In this document: piece by piece, positions 45,872-58,631 of the stretch
Layout of the letters: each line of letters begins with the position of its first letter
Numbering within the stretch: position 1 is the stretch's first letter
Source of the DNA: Lama guanicoe
Lineage: Eukaryota
Assembly (NCBI GenBank): GCA_013239625.1
Contig: MU054187.1
Location: 9,257,231 to 9,319,230 of the forward strand
Length of the DNA stretch: 62,000 bases
Reading direction: 5' to 3'
Made by a program: the position numbers and the translations under genes
The notes under the pieces: model-generated
What the model saw: the letters and a program-made list of their open reading frames with translations, nothing else
What the model was told of the DNA's origin: nothing
Databases searched by the model: none

Positions 45872-48304
45872 GTGAACTGAAGTTATTTTTCTCCCTTGAA
45901 AACAATTTCCTGGAAGATCATGGTATTATTCACTCTTTTAGATTCTATCTCAAAGAAAGGCTAACCTTACTATATTACTAAACTCTTGTAAATAAAAAGA
46001 GATATCGCTTTGACCAAAGGCGACTTAAGGATCATTTTTGCTTTAGCTCATCAAATAATTATAAAACACAGCATGACTTAAAATACTTCTAGACATTAAT
46101 TAAATTTGAATTTGAAGCTTCAGGTTAATTCTGACTGCCCTCCCTACACCCATAATGACTAATTAAGAACTGACTCATTGCTGAAAACCAAAAATAACTT
46201 ATTAGTGTGACAAATGTTTAAAATTATTATAGGACAATTTTAGCCATGTACTTTCTCCTATCTATAGCATAGGCTACATCAGCAAACACAATTCTCAGGA
46301 GAATGTGTGGTAATTATGTCATAGGTTCACATGGAGCCAGCTGTGAAGTAGTGGAGAAGGAAATGAGAGGGGAAAGGTGAGAATTAAGTAAGTAGTGGAG
46401 GAAACTGAGTTGGAGAGAAAGAGGAAGATGGAGAACAAAGATATCTGGTCAAAAAAGGGCAACATTTTTAAGGACTTAGTGCAATCAGAATTGACTTTTG
46501 ACAGTAAATTTTGTGTAGTTCCCTAGGAATCCCTAGTATATGTATGTTTGGTGATAGTTTATATTTATTTGTGAGTTTTAATATCCTTATCTTCTGATAA
46601 AAGTATATTTACATATGAATCATACATACAGCCTATCAGCATATTTTTTGGACAGTTCGCACATTTTGTGAAATCATATGAATTCACATTCACAGGTGTT
46701 GTAATTAATACTTTCAAAAACTGCAGATACCTAAAGAGACAGGTGTCATGTCCAGTAGTACCCTGACTGCTACTTTCTTCCATTAAAATAAATCTTGCTA
46801 AATTGATGAGTTTTATGTATGCAGGAGAAGAGAGAATATGTTTTGTACATAAACATGGAGAGTCTGCCACCAAAAGCCTTGTTTGCCTTCTGCAGTCCTC
46901 AGAATTCCTTTTCTTGGGGATAACTGGGATTCCCACTAAAACTCCCTTTCTCTACTGTTGAAGACTTGGGAGAGAGACAAGTTCTGCCAAGAGGATTTGG
47001 AACTTGGAATGAAAGTGTACATACTGCCAATGTCATTTATGATGATGGATTAAATGTTCATACTCATATAACAATATGAGTTTTTGTGGGCTTGCTTGGG
47101 AACCTAACCTCCAGGTATGAAACTGTTTCTATGGGAAAGTACATCTGCAGTTCTAGGTAATTTACACACTAGCACCTGATTGCATGTTGGGATATACCTG
47201 CATAAAAATGAGAATAGGTTTCCTTGCCCAGGAAGTTGACAAAATTGATCAAGATTAATATAGACAAGCAGAAGCTATTCAGTAGTGTAAGAGATATATA
47301 AAATAATTCTTGATGTGGGTCTTTAAAAATAAGGCTACAAAAAAGTCTACCTTCCCTTTCTGCTTATGCCAAAGCCTAATTGCACAGTGCCCATCAGAGT
47401 GGCCTGGCACACAGTGATCATGTATTAAGCATGCATTGCATATACGAATTAGTGTACCAATTCAAAAATATATGGTTTAAAAATAATAGATACCTACTTG
47501 TGCCTTGTACTGCGCTAAGCACTACAAGGGTAAGGAAAGGTTATTCCTGTAATAGACAGTCTATAGGTGGAATAATTGAAAACAAAATAGTATATGAATT
47601 AAAGGAAATTTTTAGAGAAGAGAAAAAATATGGGAATGGAGTAGCAAAAACAAAAGTAGGTAAAGAAAGGAGGAGCTTGTTGGGGCAATGGCTCAGGAAT
47701 GCAGCACAGGAGGGTCTTGGAGGCAGTCGGTGAGGAGGAAGGCTTTTTGCAGTTTTCAGAATAATTAAAAAAACTTATGTATCTATGAAAATATACAGAA
47801 TCCCTAGCAAAAATAGTCTAGGTGTGAGGGTGTGACTAAACCTGCCTCACTCCACGCCACCCACAGACTCCACCCTAGAACTGAAGCTACAGTCAGATAG
47901 ATGGAATCCTGGGCTAGGAAGTGGGGATGGGGCAAGTAAGTTTCATCAGTGATGAAGATTTCTACCTCAAGTTTGAAGATTTCTACCTTAAGAATGAAGA
48001 ACTGCATTCACACACACTAATCTTTATCCTCTTTGCTCCCTCTATTAGATAAAATCTGCATTATGATTCAAAGATGCATAAATCACTTCCTTTCTATTTC
48101 AAATAACAGATTTTTAATGAAATCATAAACTTATTTTTCTCAATTAACAAAAATGAGCTTGTTTTCACTTCAAATTGGGTTGGGAAAGTTTCTTTTAATT
48201 TTTAGCTATGGCAAACTTCATGAGCAGACGTTATACATGCCTGTGGGGAAATCCTAGTGCTGTTCACTAAGAGGAACAAATCATTTGTTTATTACTAATC
48301 ACTT

Positions 48305-48760
48305 TATACATTAATTAATTCAGTAGGTACTTACTAAATGTCTACCATGTGCCAGGTACTATATTCATAAGTAAAGGAGGGACAGAAGGATGACTAACAT
48401 ATAATTCTAGTGTCAAGAGGCTCAGAGTCTAATAGAGACAGGATTATAAACTGATCAATGTCTTAAAGTGTCAACAAAAGAAGACGATGGTGGACATTTG
48501 TATGGAGTGTAGCTGGGGAACAAAGGAGAGAGTAATTGTCCTGGGAAGGCAGGGATCAGGAAAGACATCAGAGAGAGGATCTTTGGGATAATTTCAAACA
48601 TGGAGTGGAAGGCAGGGAAAAAGGATGCTACTGAAGTGTCCAGAGCAGGGATGAGGGGATCTGCTTTAAAGCCCAATCAGGGTAGAGACGAGGCGGACAG
48701 AGCAAGGGATCTTGAGGAGAGAGACTGCAGCACTTGGTGACCAAGAGGAATGTGGGGTGG
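48305..48760 (-). mobile_element. L2 fragment(s)
   Basis: attcagtaggtacttactaaatgtctaccatgtgccaggtact is an antisense L2 3' end. Confidence 0.65.
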
Positions 48761-49170
48761 TAGGAGGAGCTCTCAATAGCCTCTCCGGTGAGAATGATTC
48801 AGTGCTCTTGGTTAGCTCATTTGACCTGTACAGGTTATGTTTGTCAGTTTGTTGTTTTTGTTTGCTCTACTCTTAGTAATGATCGCCATGGCTTAAGGAT
48901 AAAGAAGAAAAATGTCGTACTTTGTTACTCTGACTGCAAGTCACTTGCTCCTGGCTTAACTTTTTAGGCAAAACTTTATGAGGAATTTGTCTCCAGGGAA
49001 ACTAAAAAGAGTCCTTCCTGGAATAAGGATGAGGGTGAAACATGTGATCTGTGAGGTGAACTGTGGTGTCTTCAGGTCTCTGGAGGTCCATGGGTACATA
49101 CTTGATTTCTGGGATCTCCTGCACCCCGCTACACCTCACCTCTGTTTCGCTTTGCCTCTGTTTCCCCTAG

Positions 49171-49342
49171 ACTCTGTTTGTCATCATTGGCCTCTTGACC
49201 GGCTGCTATTTTTGCTGCTGTCTGTGCTGCTGTTGCAACTGCTGCTGTGGACGATGCCGGCCTAAATCATCAATGCCAGAAGAGGACTTCTATGTGTCTC
49301 CAGAGGATCTTGAGGAGCAGATCAAAACCGACATGGAAAAAG
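49171..49342 (+). CDS. DNAJC5B: DNAJC5B third coding exon (cysteine string)
   Basis: Acceptor ctctgtttcccctag|. Translates [57 protein letters not shown], with 12 Cys in 18 residues. 172 nt, donor AAG|gtggag (phase 1). Cumulative CDS 505 nt; the last exon was not found in the window. Confidence 0.98.
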
Positions 49343-51074
49343 GTGGAGTAAGATGAGAGTAGAGTAGTGGGTGTCCCTTCATAGGCCTGGACAAGCACCA
49401 GGTCCCATGGTGATGGCTATCACTAAAGTGAGAGACATACAACAACCATAGACTTTCACCTTTGGTATCTCTCTTGGAGAAGATGAAAGGACAGTTACCT
49501 TTACTAGCTACAGAGGAAAGCAGAACCTCACACTAGATAGAAAGAAGTCATGAAATATGCTGATAGCAAAGCCAAGCCAGTACAATTCAAAGTCTTAATA
49601 CAAGAGAGTAAGCTCCGGGTTCAGAGAGGTTTGGGTGGGAGTGCCCAGGAGTAGGGGAACCAAGGTAGAAAATTTCTCCCAGGCAAAGCATTTCACCCTG
49701 TTACTTTAGGATCTCTATTCACATAGAAGGAAATGGAAATTAAGAAAAATCAACAACCCTTGACTTTTCTTCTTTTTGATTACTTGATAATGAATTTTGG
49801 GTAAAACTGGGAGAGGTTAGTCTTTTTTCAACCTGGAAATGCAGCTTCCTTCCAAATCCACACATTCAGAGCTAGCCTCAAACCAGCATCAAGAATATTG
49901 TCCTATATAAATGGGACTCTTTGCTTTGCTAAACCACATCCACATGTTTGTCTATGCCTGGTCATGTATATTACTTAATTCTTCAAGCTCATTCTACCCA
50001 AAAATGATAAAGAAAAAAATGTAAAGATAAAATCTCACAGAATTCACATCACCAGGAATACTTCAAATTCTTTGGGAAATGCCTTTGATTAAATAAATGA
50101 GTGAAACCTGCTATCATCCTCTCTGTCTTGCAGCCATAATCCTCCTGTCATTTTCTCCTGCAGAATGCATCATTATTCCAGATAACAGACTTTATCACTA
50201 AGTCACAAAGAAGCCTGGACAGCCAAATCAGAGAATTACTTGATAATTCAGTGACCCACAGTTGTCAGAACTGCTGAAATTCGGCATGGCGCACTTCTAT
50301 GGACTATACTCTGAATCCTTTGATCACAATGAAACAGAAATTACATGACATCAGACAGAGTAAAGACTTTTTAAGGCTCCCACATAGTTTTTATTCCCTA
50401 TCAAATGTGATGCTAAGTAACATCCAGTTATTACCCACCCTGACTCCAGCTTAAAGGAAGGAGTCTTCAACCATGTAAATCACATTTAGTCTCAGACCCT
50501 TCTAGAATTGGAAGATCAGAGAGGACAGAAGGGATTTTCCTGCAACCTGTGACCCCTTCCTTTGGGGACCCACTGGCTGGCCAATCTGGCAAACAGGGGG
50601 TTTGCTTCTATCATTTTTTATTATTGCCCCTGGAGCCAAATTGTGGGCCTATGGTGAAATACAATTGCAACTTTCTTTTGCTTTATTTGGGATATAAAAG
50701 GACAAACCTTTTAACGAGGGCATACAAATCAAAAAGAGTAATAAGCAAGCTACATTACTTGTTAATGGGTTAAACAAAGATACATATGTGTAAACTCCTC
50801 TTCAGGAAAGAGCCAGTGACCCTGGCATAACTTGTGTAAGAATGATGAGCCCAGTGCATCTGTTCTGTGAGGGAGACAAACTCTCATTAGATTGTGTCAG
50901 CTGGCCCCATTGTTCACAGGATCTCCCAGAACAACCATCAATCCAGTTCAGTCACTGACAGAAGATACAAAGCACAATGAGATGAGAGTCATGGTCATCC
51001 ACTGTGTCAACCTTATCTTAACTTTCCTTTGTAGTGTGGAAACCAAAACTAGGTGAATTGAACCTAGATATCCC

Positions 51075-51160
51075 AAACCCAGTGTTTCACACTTCTCTGA
51101 AAAGCCTCAAAATCTTTCTTTTTTTAAATTAGATAAAAGCTCCCCAGGTCATTTCAGCAG
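51075..51160. mobile_element. MER5-like fragment
   Basis: ccagtgtttcacactt...aaaagctccccaggtcatttc. Confidence 0.45.
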
Positions 51161-51422
51161 ACCTTCTTTGCAGAAAATTTCTTATCTGGAACAAATTCAT
51201 ACTCATTGCCAAATTCTACCCAGGTTTCCTTCCTGTAGAGTGGCTGGTGATAAATCTATGTGCCTCTCACTGTTCTCAGTTCTGACACCCCAGAGATACC
51301 AATTTCATTATAGAGGTCAAATTCCAGACTAAGTAAATCATGATCCCATTTGACTGTGCTACTATTAGTCTTAACCAAAAGGAAAACTTTGTTCTATTTC
51401 TAAATATTTAAAAGCATCTATG

Positions 51423-52443
51423 TAGAGTTAATCCAGGTTTTGTAGGGCCTGAAATTTATACAATTTGGGCAGTCCTTTTTAAGAAAAAGAATATAAAATT
51501 ACAAATACAGAATTAGATCTGAAAGTGAATATTCAGAACGAAAAAAGAAATCACAAAATATTGCAAAGCTTAAAAACTGACAAATATCTTAAATATCACA
51601 AAATCTAGAAAAACAGCATTAATTTAATTAACTGCCTGGCATACATCTATAATAGTTTCCCCCTATATTTTCTGGATGCATATTCTTTGATTGACTTTCC
51701 ATTTAACAATAATTTCATAAAATCATTTTCCCTAGGAATAATAGAAATACAGTTGTCTTTTCTCTAGAATGGTTGATCAAAATTTGTTTTTTATTATTGG
51801 CAGATTAGAAAAGTTTCAGTTTTACAACTCATTATTGACAATGTTGCCTAAATTTTTAGGGATTATTGTCAAATTTACAAAAACTCCTATCTAGTTTATT
51901 TCATATATAAGATGCAAAATTTGGAAGAATTTTTCCACAGACCACTTTTTGACTGCACATTTCAAATCATGTTGCCTCTCCATCACCCAATGCTTCCAGG
52001 ATCAGAGCCCACTGGACACATTCATAATGTGTGACACCATGTCTGGCATGGATCTTCATGTTCCCTAAGCAATTAAATTGGGATAGTGAGCTATAGGAGT
52101 TATCTCTAAAGCTATTCCTATGCCAGTATGGCTAGCAGTAATTATACACAGAGTTGCTGCAAACCACAAAAACATACTCCACTAAACGCGAACGAAACCT
52201 ATCCCCAATTCTGTTTTCCTTTACAGAATCCTCAAAATGTCCCTAGCTTCTCTGTAAACACTCATCAAGAAGAAAAGCATGATGGAGGAAAAGTCAAAGT
52301 GGACAGATATAGTGTTTGGTTGTGGTTAAAATATCTTTTGCAACTCTACAAAGCTGTAAACACAACAGGTCCTTAGAAAGAACTATGCGGGTAAAGACAT
52401 CTGAAGCTTAAATTTAATCATCTGTGCAGTAATTCCACCGCTG
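51423..52443 (+). mobile_element. MER53-related hAT element, long form of about 1 kb
   Basis: 5' end atccaggttttgtagggcctgaaatttatacaatttggg...aagaaaaagaatataaaattacaaatacagaattag and 3' end ctgaagcttaaattt...gtaattccaccgctg both match recalled MER53 ends. About 850 bp of extra internal sequence. Confidence 0.65.
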
Positions 52444-53154
52444 CACTTCAGTCTAACATTTCGTTCTGAGAATTTATGCCTTACTTGTAGTTAGGTGCAT
52501 TAGTTAGTTTCAAATTTTTACTATACTAATTCAGAGACAATGTAGTCTACAGGTAAAATTAATGCAAGTCAAGGCTTGGTAAAGGTGAAAAAGCAGATTC
52601 CAGGTGAATACTGCTTCCTGAACTGTGATCCAATTAATGAACTGTGGTCTCTTCTGTTCTACAAAAGGGTACTCAAAGTTGTTTAAGAAAACACATTTGA
52701 AAGGGGCTACTAGTCACTCAAACATCACAGTACTCATGACAAATGATAAACAGCATACATTAAGATTTGAGCCCACTAGAAGGCACTGATAAGACACTGG
52801 GGCTTTGAGTATTTTATTTCAGTGATTATGAAAGTGAATAAAATATGGCAAAGATTTTCTCATTTAGGGGATTTTTAATTATCTTATGTTGGGTCTAATC
52901 ATAAAATCCTTAGGATTTTAAAGTAGGAAGGAATCCAAGGAGTCAACTCTCACCTCCCTACATCTTTTCCAGCAGACTGCTGACCAATTTCATTTGAAAG
53001 CTGCCAATGGTAGGAGGTTTGGGAATTTGTATGAAAATAAGAGATACTCATAAAAATTCAACCACCAAAGGAGGGTATAGAGTCAAAAGTAAGATATATC
53101 AATCTACTGGCACCATCTCTGAAAAAACAACAGCATTTTTAAAATTTTTGTATA

Positions 53155-54210
53155 AATATGTATGGGGTTTTATTTTACAAAAATGTTATCATATCTACGT
53201 ATTATTTTTTGTTGCTTCTTTGCAGAGTAAAATTTTTGATGCAAAATTTATCAATTTTTTTAATGGATCATGCCTTTGATATCAAATTAAAGAACTCTTA
53301 GCCTAATCCTGTATCAGGAAGATTTTCTCCAATGTTTTCTAAAAGTTTTATAGTTTAATATTTAACACTTAGATCTATACTCATTTTTGTATAAGATGTA
53401 GTAAGATTTTGGTTGAGACTTTCTTTTTTTCTTTTTTTTCATATAGAGTTTAATTGTTCCAACATCATTTGTTGCAAAGATTAATCCTTTTTCCATTGAA
53501 ATATCTTAGCACCTTTGTCAAAAAATTAACTGGCCATATTTCTACTGGTCTATTTATGGACTCTATTTTATTTTATTGATCTATGTGCCTATCCCTTCAC
53601 CAATAACACAATGTCTTGCTTACCATAGCTTTTAAGTAAGACTTGGTCAGCTAATGTGATTTCTTCAAATTTACTCTTTTTCAAAATTATTTTGGCTATT
53701 CTAGTTTCTTTGCCTTTCTATATAAATTTTAGTATAAGGTTGTCTGAATCTATAGAAAAATACTGCTGATTTTTAACATTGGAATGGCATTAAGTCTGTA
53801 GACAAGTTTGGGAAGAACTGATATCATTACTATTTTGAATCTTCCAATTCACTAACATGGTATATATATCTCCACTTATTTAGGTCTCATTTGATTTCCT
53901 TTATGAGAATTTTGTACTTTCTAGTATACAGAGATGGTACATGTTTTGTCAGAAAGATACCTAAGTATATCATTTTGAGGGGAGCTACTGTAAATGGCAT
54001 TGGGTTTTAATTTTGGTTTCCAGTTATTCATTGAAAGTATTTACGATTATTTTTGTATGTTGACTTTGTATCCTGTGTTCTCGTTAAGCTCACATATTAG
54101 TTTGTATGTGAGAGACAATCATGTCATCTGCATATAAAGACAGTCTTATTTCTTCCATTCCAATCTGTATGCATTTTATTTCTTGATCTTGCCTTATTGC
54201 ACTGTAGGAT
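53155..54210 (-). mobile_element. L1 ORF2 fragment (L1MB/MC-like)
   Basis: aattgttccaacatcatttgttg, ttttggctattctag, and acaatcatgtcatctgca (antisense of ADDMIV). Confidence 0.88.
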
Positions 54211-54224
54211 TCCCAAGACTCAGT

Positions 54225-54325
54225 TTCTTGCTCTGCTGTTGCCATCCTGAAATTCTTGGCTTATTAATAAGTTATACCACATTTTCATGTTGCACTGGAT
54301 TTTGCAAATTATGTAGTCAGTACAG
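54225..54325. mobile_element. MER91-like hAT-Tip100 fragment
   Basis: ctctgctgttgccatcctgaaattctt...cattttcatgttgcactggattttgcaaattatgtag. Confidence 0.55.
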
Positions 54326-55660
54326 TTACAGTATTTCTTTGTATGAGCTATAAATCTGGATTTTAAACTTGATATTTACTGCTAAGGAATAGGACAAAAT
54401 GCTTCTACAGAATAATACTCTGCTTTTAGGGATGAGGGAAGCTAACTGAAATGACAGAGTGGGGTGGGAAGGTGTGGGTGAAGCAAGGGTTCTATATTAC
54501 CCACCTAAATGCTATGCTACAAATTATACTGTGCTTAGAGATTTGGCCTGTATATAAAGATTACAGTTGGAAATTTAGCTTTAAATATATGAGTATTGAT
54601 TTTTAAAGAATTGTGGTTAGCATTTCTTTTTTATATTATTCTCTCTGACTTTCCATAAATTCCAAGATACATAGTATAACAAAACTAATATGAGATGATC
54701 CTCTCTGTGGAATGAAAGTTACAGCTACTCAATACTTTATTTTCTCCTTATGCTGAAAATGTAGACTAAAAAAGAAGAGAAAGAACAAGAGCTAATTAGA
54801 GAAAGATTTCTGATTTGAACTCAGTGACGAAACACCTCAAATTTCACTTTTAAGGACATGTTGTGGGACACTGTAGATATTTCTTAATACATGAAAATCC
54901 AAATTTGAAATATCAAACCATTTTCTTTGACATAAAGAACAATAGAAATGTTTTTCACCTGACTTTAGATAATTTAATAATCCTAGTTTTCTATCTAAAG
55001 CTTATGACTCTTCCTGGATATTTTTTATTAAGTGCATATTTCGAACTTGCCTACTCCTTGACACTAGCTAAAGCCTAAGATTCCTTTTGATGCAGTAACA
55101 GGGTCCCAGTCTCTGTTTACAAGTAGTGGTACAGGGTGGGATTTGCTAGTAGAGAGGAGAGATTTGCTTGGATTACTGTGTCTCTTTCAACTATGTGAAA
55201 GTGTATGATCAAGCTTCTATCCTTAATAAATAAAGGGGGGAAGTTCAAAACACTTGTATCTTCAATATTCACTGGTAACTTTAGAACTTATAAACTGATT
55301 CCCATCTCATTCTCAAAATAAAAATATAATTCCAGAAGGATTCCAGGAACACAGGGGAATTCTGTTACTCTTATGAATCAATCAGGAGCAAACAGAAGAG
55401 AAGCAGTGTCTTGGGAGGAGAGCCCATCCCATTTTTTTGTCTTGGAAAATTTGAAAGTTGAAAGGTAAAGACAATGGATACACTTCCTTTCAAATGTTCA
55501 CAAATTAGAAGTTCCACTTTGTGAAATCTTGAGTGTTACATTTAAAACAAGCTCATTTAGACCCTATACTCCTCTGTTGGATGAAGGCCACGATGAAGTC
55601 AGATCTACCAGCCAAAAAGGGCTTTAGAGACCATCTTGAGATAGAACCCCATTCTCTGGG

Positions 55661-55686
55661 GTGTGTGTGTGTGTGTGTGTGTGTGT
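55661..55686 (+). repeat. (GT)13 microsatellite
   Basis: Perfect dinucleotide run. Confidence 0.97.
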
Positions 55687-56461
55687 AAGGGAGACAGAGA
55701 AACAAGTTTCAAAAGCAAGAGCATAAATGGGAGCCTGTTACCTCTGAACACTCTGGTAAAGCAAGCCAAAAATACAACAAATAAATTCAATTTCTTCAAA
55801 GCTGAAAGCAGTGAACTGAAAACTCCCAGTTAAACCCTCAAAATTTCTTATGGAGTCATGATTTCTTCATTTTTTTTGAAGGAGAGGGAATAAAGTATCT
55901 AAGAGAGAAGATTTTACAGCATTGACCTTGGATCCAAAAATGTGAAATTCAATGCATAGAAAAATCTGTTGATTGCTTAACTCTTCTTGCTACTCACCTG
56001 GATGAAACCCAAATAAACTCACAGCCACTGAGCTGACGAGGCCATATGGCTTGTAATTAGACTCGCTCTCAACCAAGATATTGAAACATTTATTACATTT
56101 GCTGTTCAGCATTCATAACACTTTACTGCCCAGAAAAAAAGGCACCAAGGAAGAGATTAAATTCATCCTTCCTCTTTTCACCAACCCCCACTCAATCTTC
56201 TTCCTACCCAAACCCCTCAAATAAAAAGGAACTGATTTCTAAAAATAATTAATGGAAAACAATTCTTGAAATCAATCCAGAGCCCTTTGCTGCTGCTTTA
56301 TATGAAAATATCGAGTAAGCATCATCAAGACCCTGGGCCAGGAGAGCAGGACCAGTGAATCAGCTCAGAATGCTACCCCAAAAGTAGCTCAAAATGGACC
56401 CAAAGTTTCTTTGATTTTTGCCTGCCAAGGTTTAGTGAACAAGGTTTATCAAGATAGTCTT

Positions 56462-56780
56462 TTAACAGCAAACATTTACTGATCACTTAATATTTTCCTG
56501 AGACTATGCTAGGGGCTAGAGAAAAGAAAGACATGGTCCCTGCTGTCTCGGACCTTATAGTCTGGCAGAGAAGATGGGAAGACAAGTATCAAACAAATAA
56601 CCATACAATGAGCTAGTTAATTTTCAGGTATAAGTCTGCCAAAGGAGAAGCATAAGGGCGGTGCTAGGAACACTAGGGAGGCCTGACCTGGATGTAGGTG
56701 AGGACAGCCTCCCAGAGGAAGAAAAATTTTAGAGCTGAAAACTCAAAGAATGAGGAGGAGTTAAGGGGTAGGAGACTATG
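56462..56780 (-). mobile_element. L2 3' end
   Basis: cagcaaacatttactgatcactt...agacatggtccctgctgtctcggaccttatagtct. Confidence 0.7.
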
Positions 56781-57176
56781 GAAATTCCTCCAGAAGGGAG
56801 GAACCTTGATAGCACAGCATTTGGCACAGTATTTCCCAATATCCTGAGGATAACATGGAAAATGGTGTTCTAGATGCCAGGCAAGGCAGGTATAGACACA
56901 TTAGGCTGTTCTACTGAATAGTGTTATTAAGAAATTGAACGAGGCAGAAGTTGTACAGAGATCATATCTGCAAATAACCCCAAACTGGGATATACTCACA
57001 CAAGGACTCATACCATCAAAGCGAAATATGGTAGATGGAACGCAGCTGGAACCCTGGATGGTTTGCTAGACAAGAGCAAGAGCAGTAGGATTTAACTAGG
57101 CAGGGGGGCAAGGGAGTTGAGGAAAACCCAGGAGTTTCTCTCAACAGAGCAAAAGTGCAAAAAGGAAGAGGAGAGG

Positions 57177-57540
57177 TGAAATATTATTCAGCTATAAAAG
57201 GAATGAAGTCCTGACACCTACAGTGTGGAGGAGCCTGGAAACATTATGCTAAGTGAAAGAAGCCAGACACAAAAGGACAAATACTGTATGATTTCATTTC
57301 CATGAAATATCCAGAACAGGTAGATTCATAGAGGCAGAAAGCATATCGTTGGTTGTCAGGCCTTGAGGGGAAGGAAGAACAGGGAGAAATTGCCCAGTGG
57401 GTACTGGATCTCCTTTTGGGGAAATGTTTTGCAACCAGATTGAGGTAGTGAGTTGTACATTTAGTACAATGTTTATAAATTGTTCACTTTAAAAAGGTTA
57501 ATTTTATGTTACATGAATCTCACCTCAATTAAAAATACAT
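57177..57540 (+). mobile_element. L1 3' end (L1MB-like) with residual TSD
   Basis: attcagctataaaaggaatgaag...acattatgctaagtgaaagaagccagacac...ctcacctcaattaaaaa. Direct repeat agaggagagg at 57167-57176 and 57546-57555. Confidence 0.88.
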
Positions 57541-57981
57541 ATAGTAGAGGAGAGGGGTACACCAAGATTTGACTACAAAAAGAAACTACGTGCCCTTTCT
57601 TCAGAAAAGGAGGAGGTTTTTTGTTCCCTACAAATTCACCATGGCAGGGAGTGGAGGGAACCACAGGACTAATCAAAGCACCGGTATTCACAGAGTGTGG
57701 GGAAATGGGAAAGTTGATTAAAAGCCTTTTATGCCAGCCACCTCAGTAGCAGTACACTGCTAGTGGCTAAGACAGAGAAGGGCTTTGGAGTCAGCCCCAA
57801 TTGTTTTGGTTACTGGTTGAGGTTTGGGGGTAATTCACTTAATTACTTTATCTGTTATTGTTTTTCTTTATTAAATAAAGACAAACACTATGACTTGACT
57901 ACTACCATTACCTTTAAGTTCTTTGCTTGCTGTTCCCAATTTAGAGGTAATTTCTATCTTAAATCATTTGTAATCATTTTC

Positions 57982-58620
57982 CTTCTTTTCTTTCAGTTTT
58001 ACTGAGATATTTAATTGACATACAGCACTGTGTAAGTTTAAAGTGTACGGCAAAATGACTTGACTTACATATACTGTGAAATGATCACCACAATAAGTTT
58101 AGTTAACATCTATCATCTCATATAAGCATAAAAAAAAGGAAAAAATGTTTTTTCCCCTGTGATGAGAACTTTCAGGATTTACTCTTTTAGTAACTTTTAA
58201 ATACACCATACAGCAGTGTTATCTATAATCATCATATTGTATATTATGTCCCCAGTACTTATTTATCCTATGACTGGAAGTTTGTACCTTTTAACCACAT
58301 TCATCCAATTCCTTGTCCCCCCACTCTCTGCCTCTGGTAACCAAAAATCTGAACTCTTTTGCTATGAATGTGAGTTGTTTTTGCCTTTGTTTTTTCAGAT
58401 TCACATATAAGTGAGCTAATACAGTATTTGTCTTTGTCTGACTTACTTCACTTAGCCTAATGCACTCAAAGTCCAGCCACGTTGTCACAAATGTCAGGAT
58501 TTCCTTCTTTTTATGGCTGAACAATATTTCATTGTACACATACACTACATTTTCTGCATCTATTCACCTGTTGATGAACACTTTGGTTGTTTCCACCCAC
58601 ATCTTGACTACTGTAGCGTA
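57982..58620 (-). mobile_element. L1 3' end nested in an older L1, TSD-flanked
   Basis: Antisense 3'UTR and ORF2 tail (ORF 58291-58545). Direct repeat taatcattttc at 57971-57981 and 58621-58631. Confidence 0.88.
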
Positions 58621-58631
58621 TAATCATTTTC

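Noticed and set aside
48978..49265. 95-aa ORF overlapping the cysteine-string exon
   Set aside because: It is an alternative frame of the TGC/TGT-rich exon plus intron. The spliced DNAJC5B frame explains the sequence.
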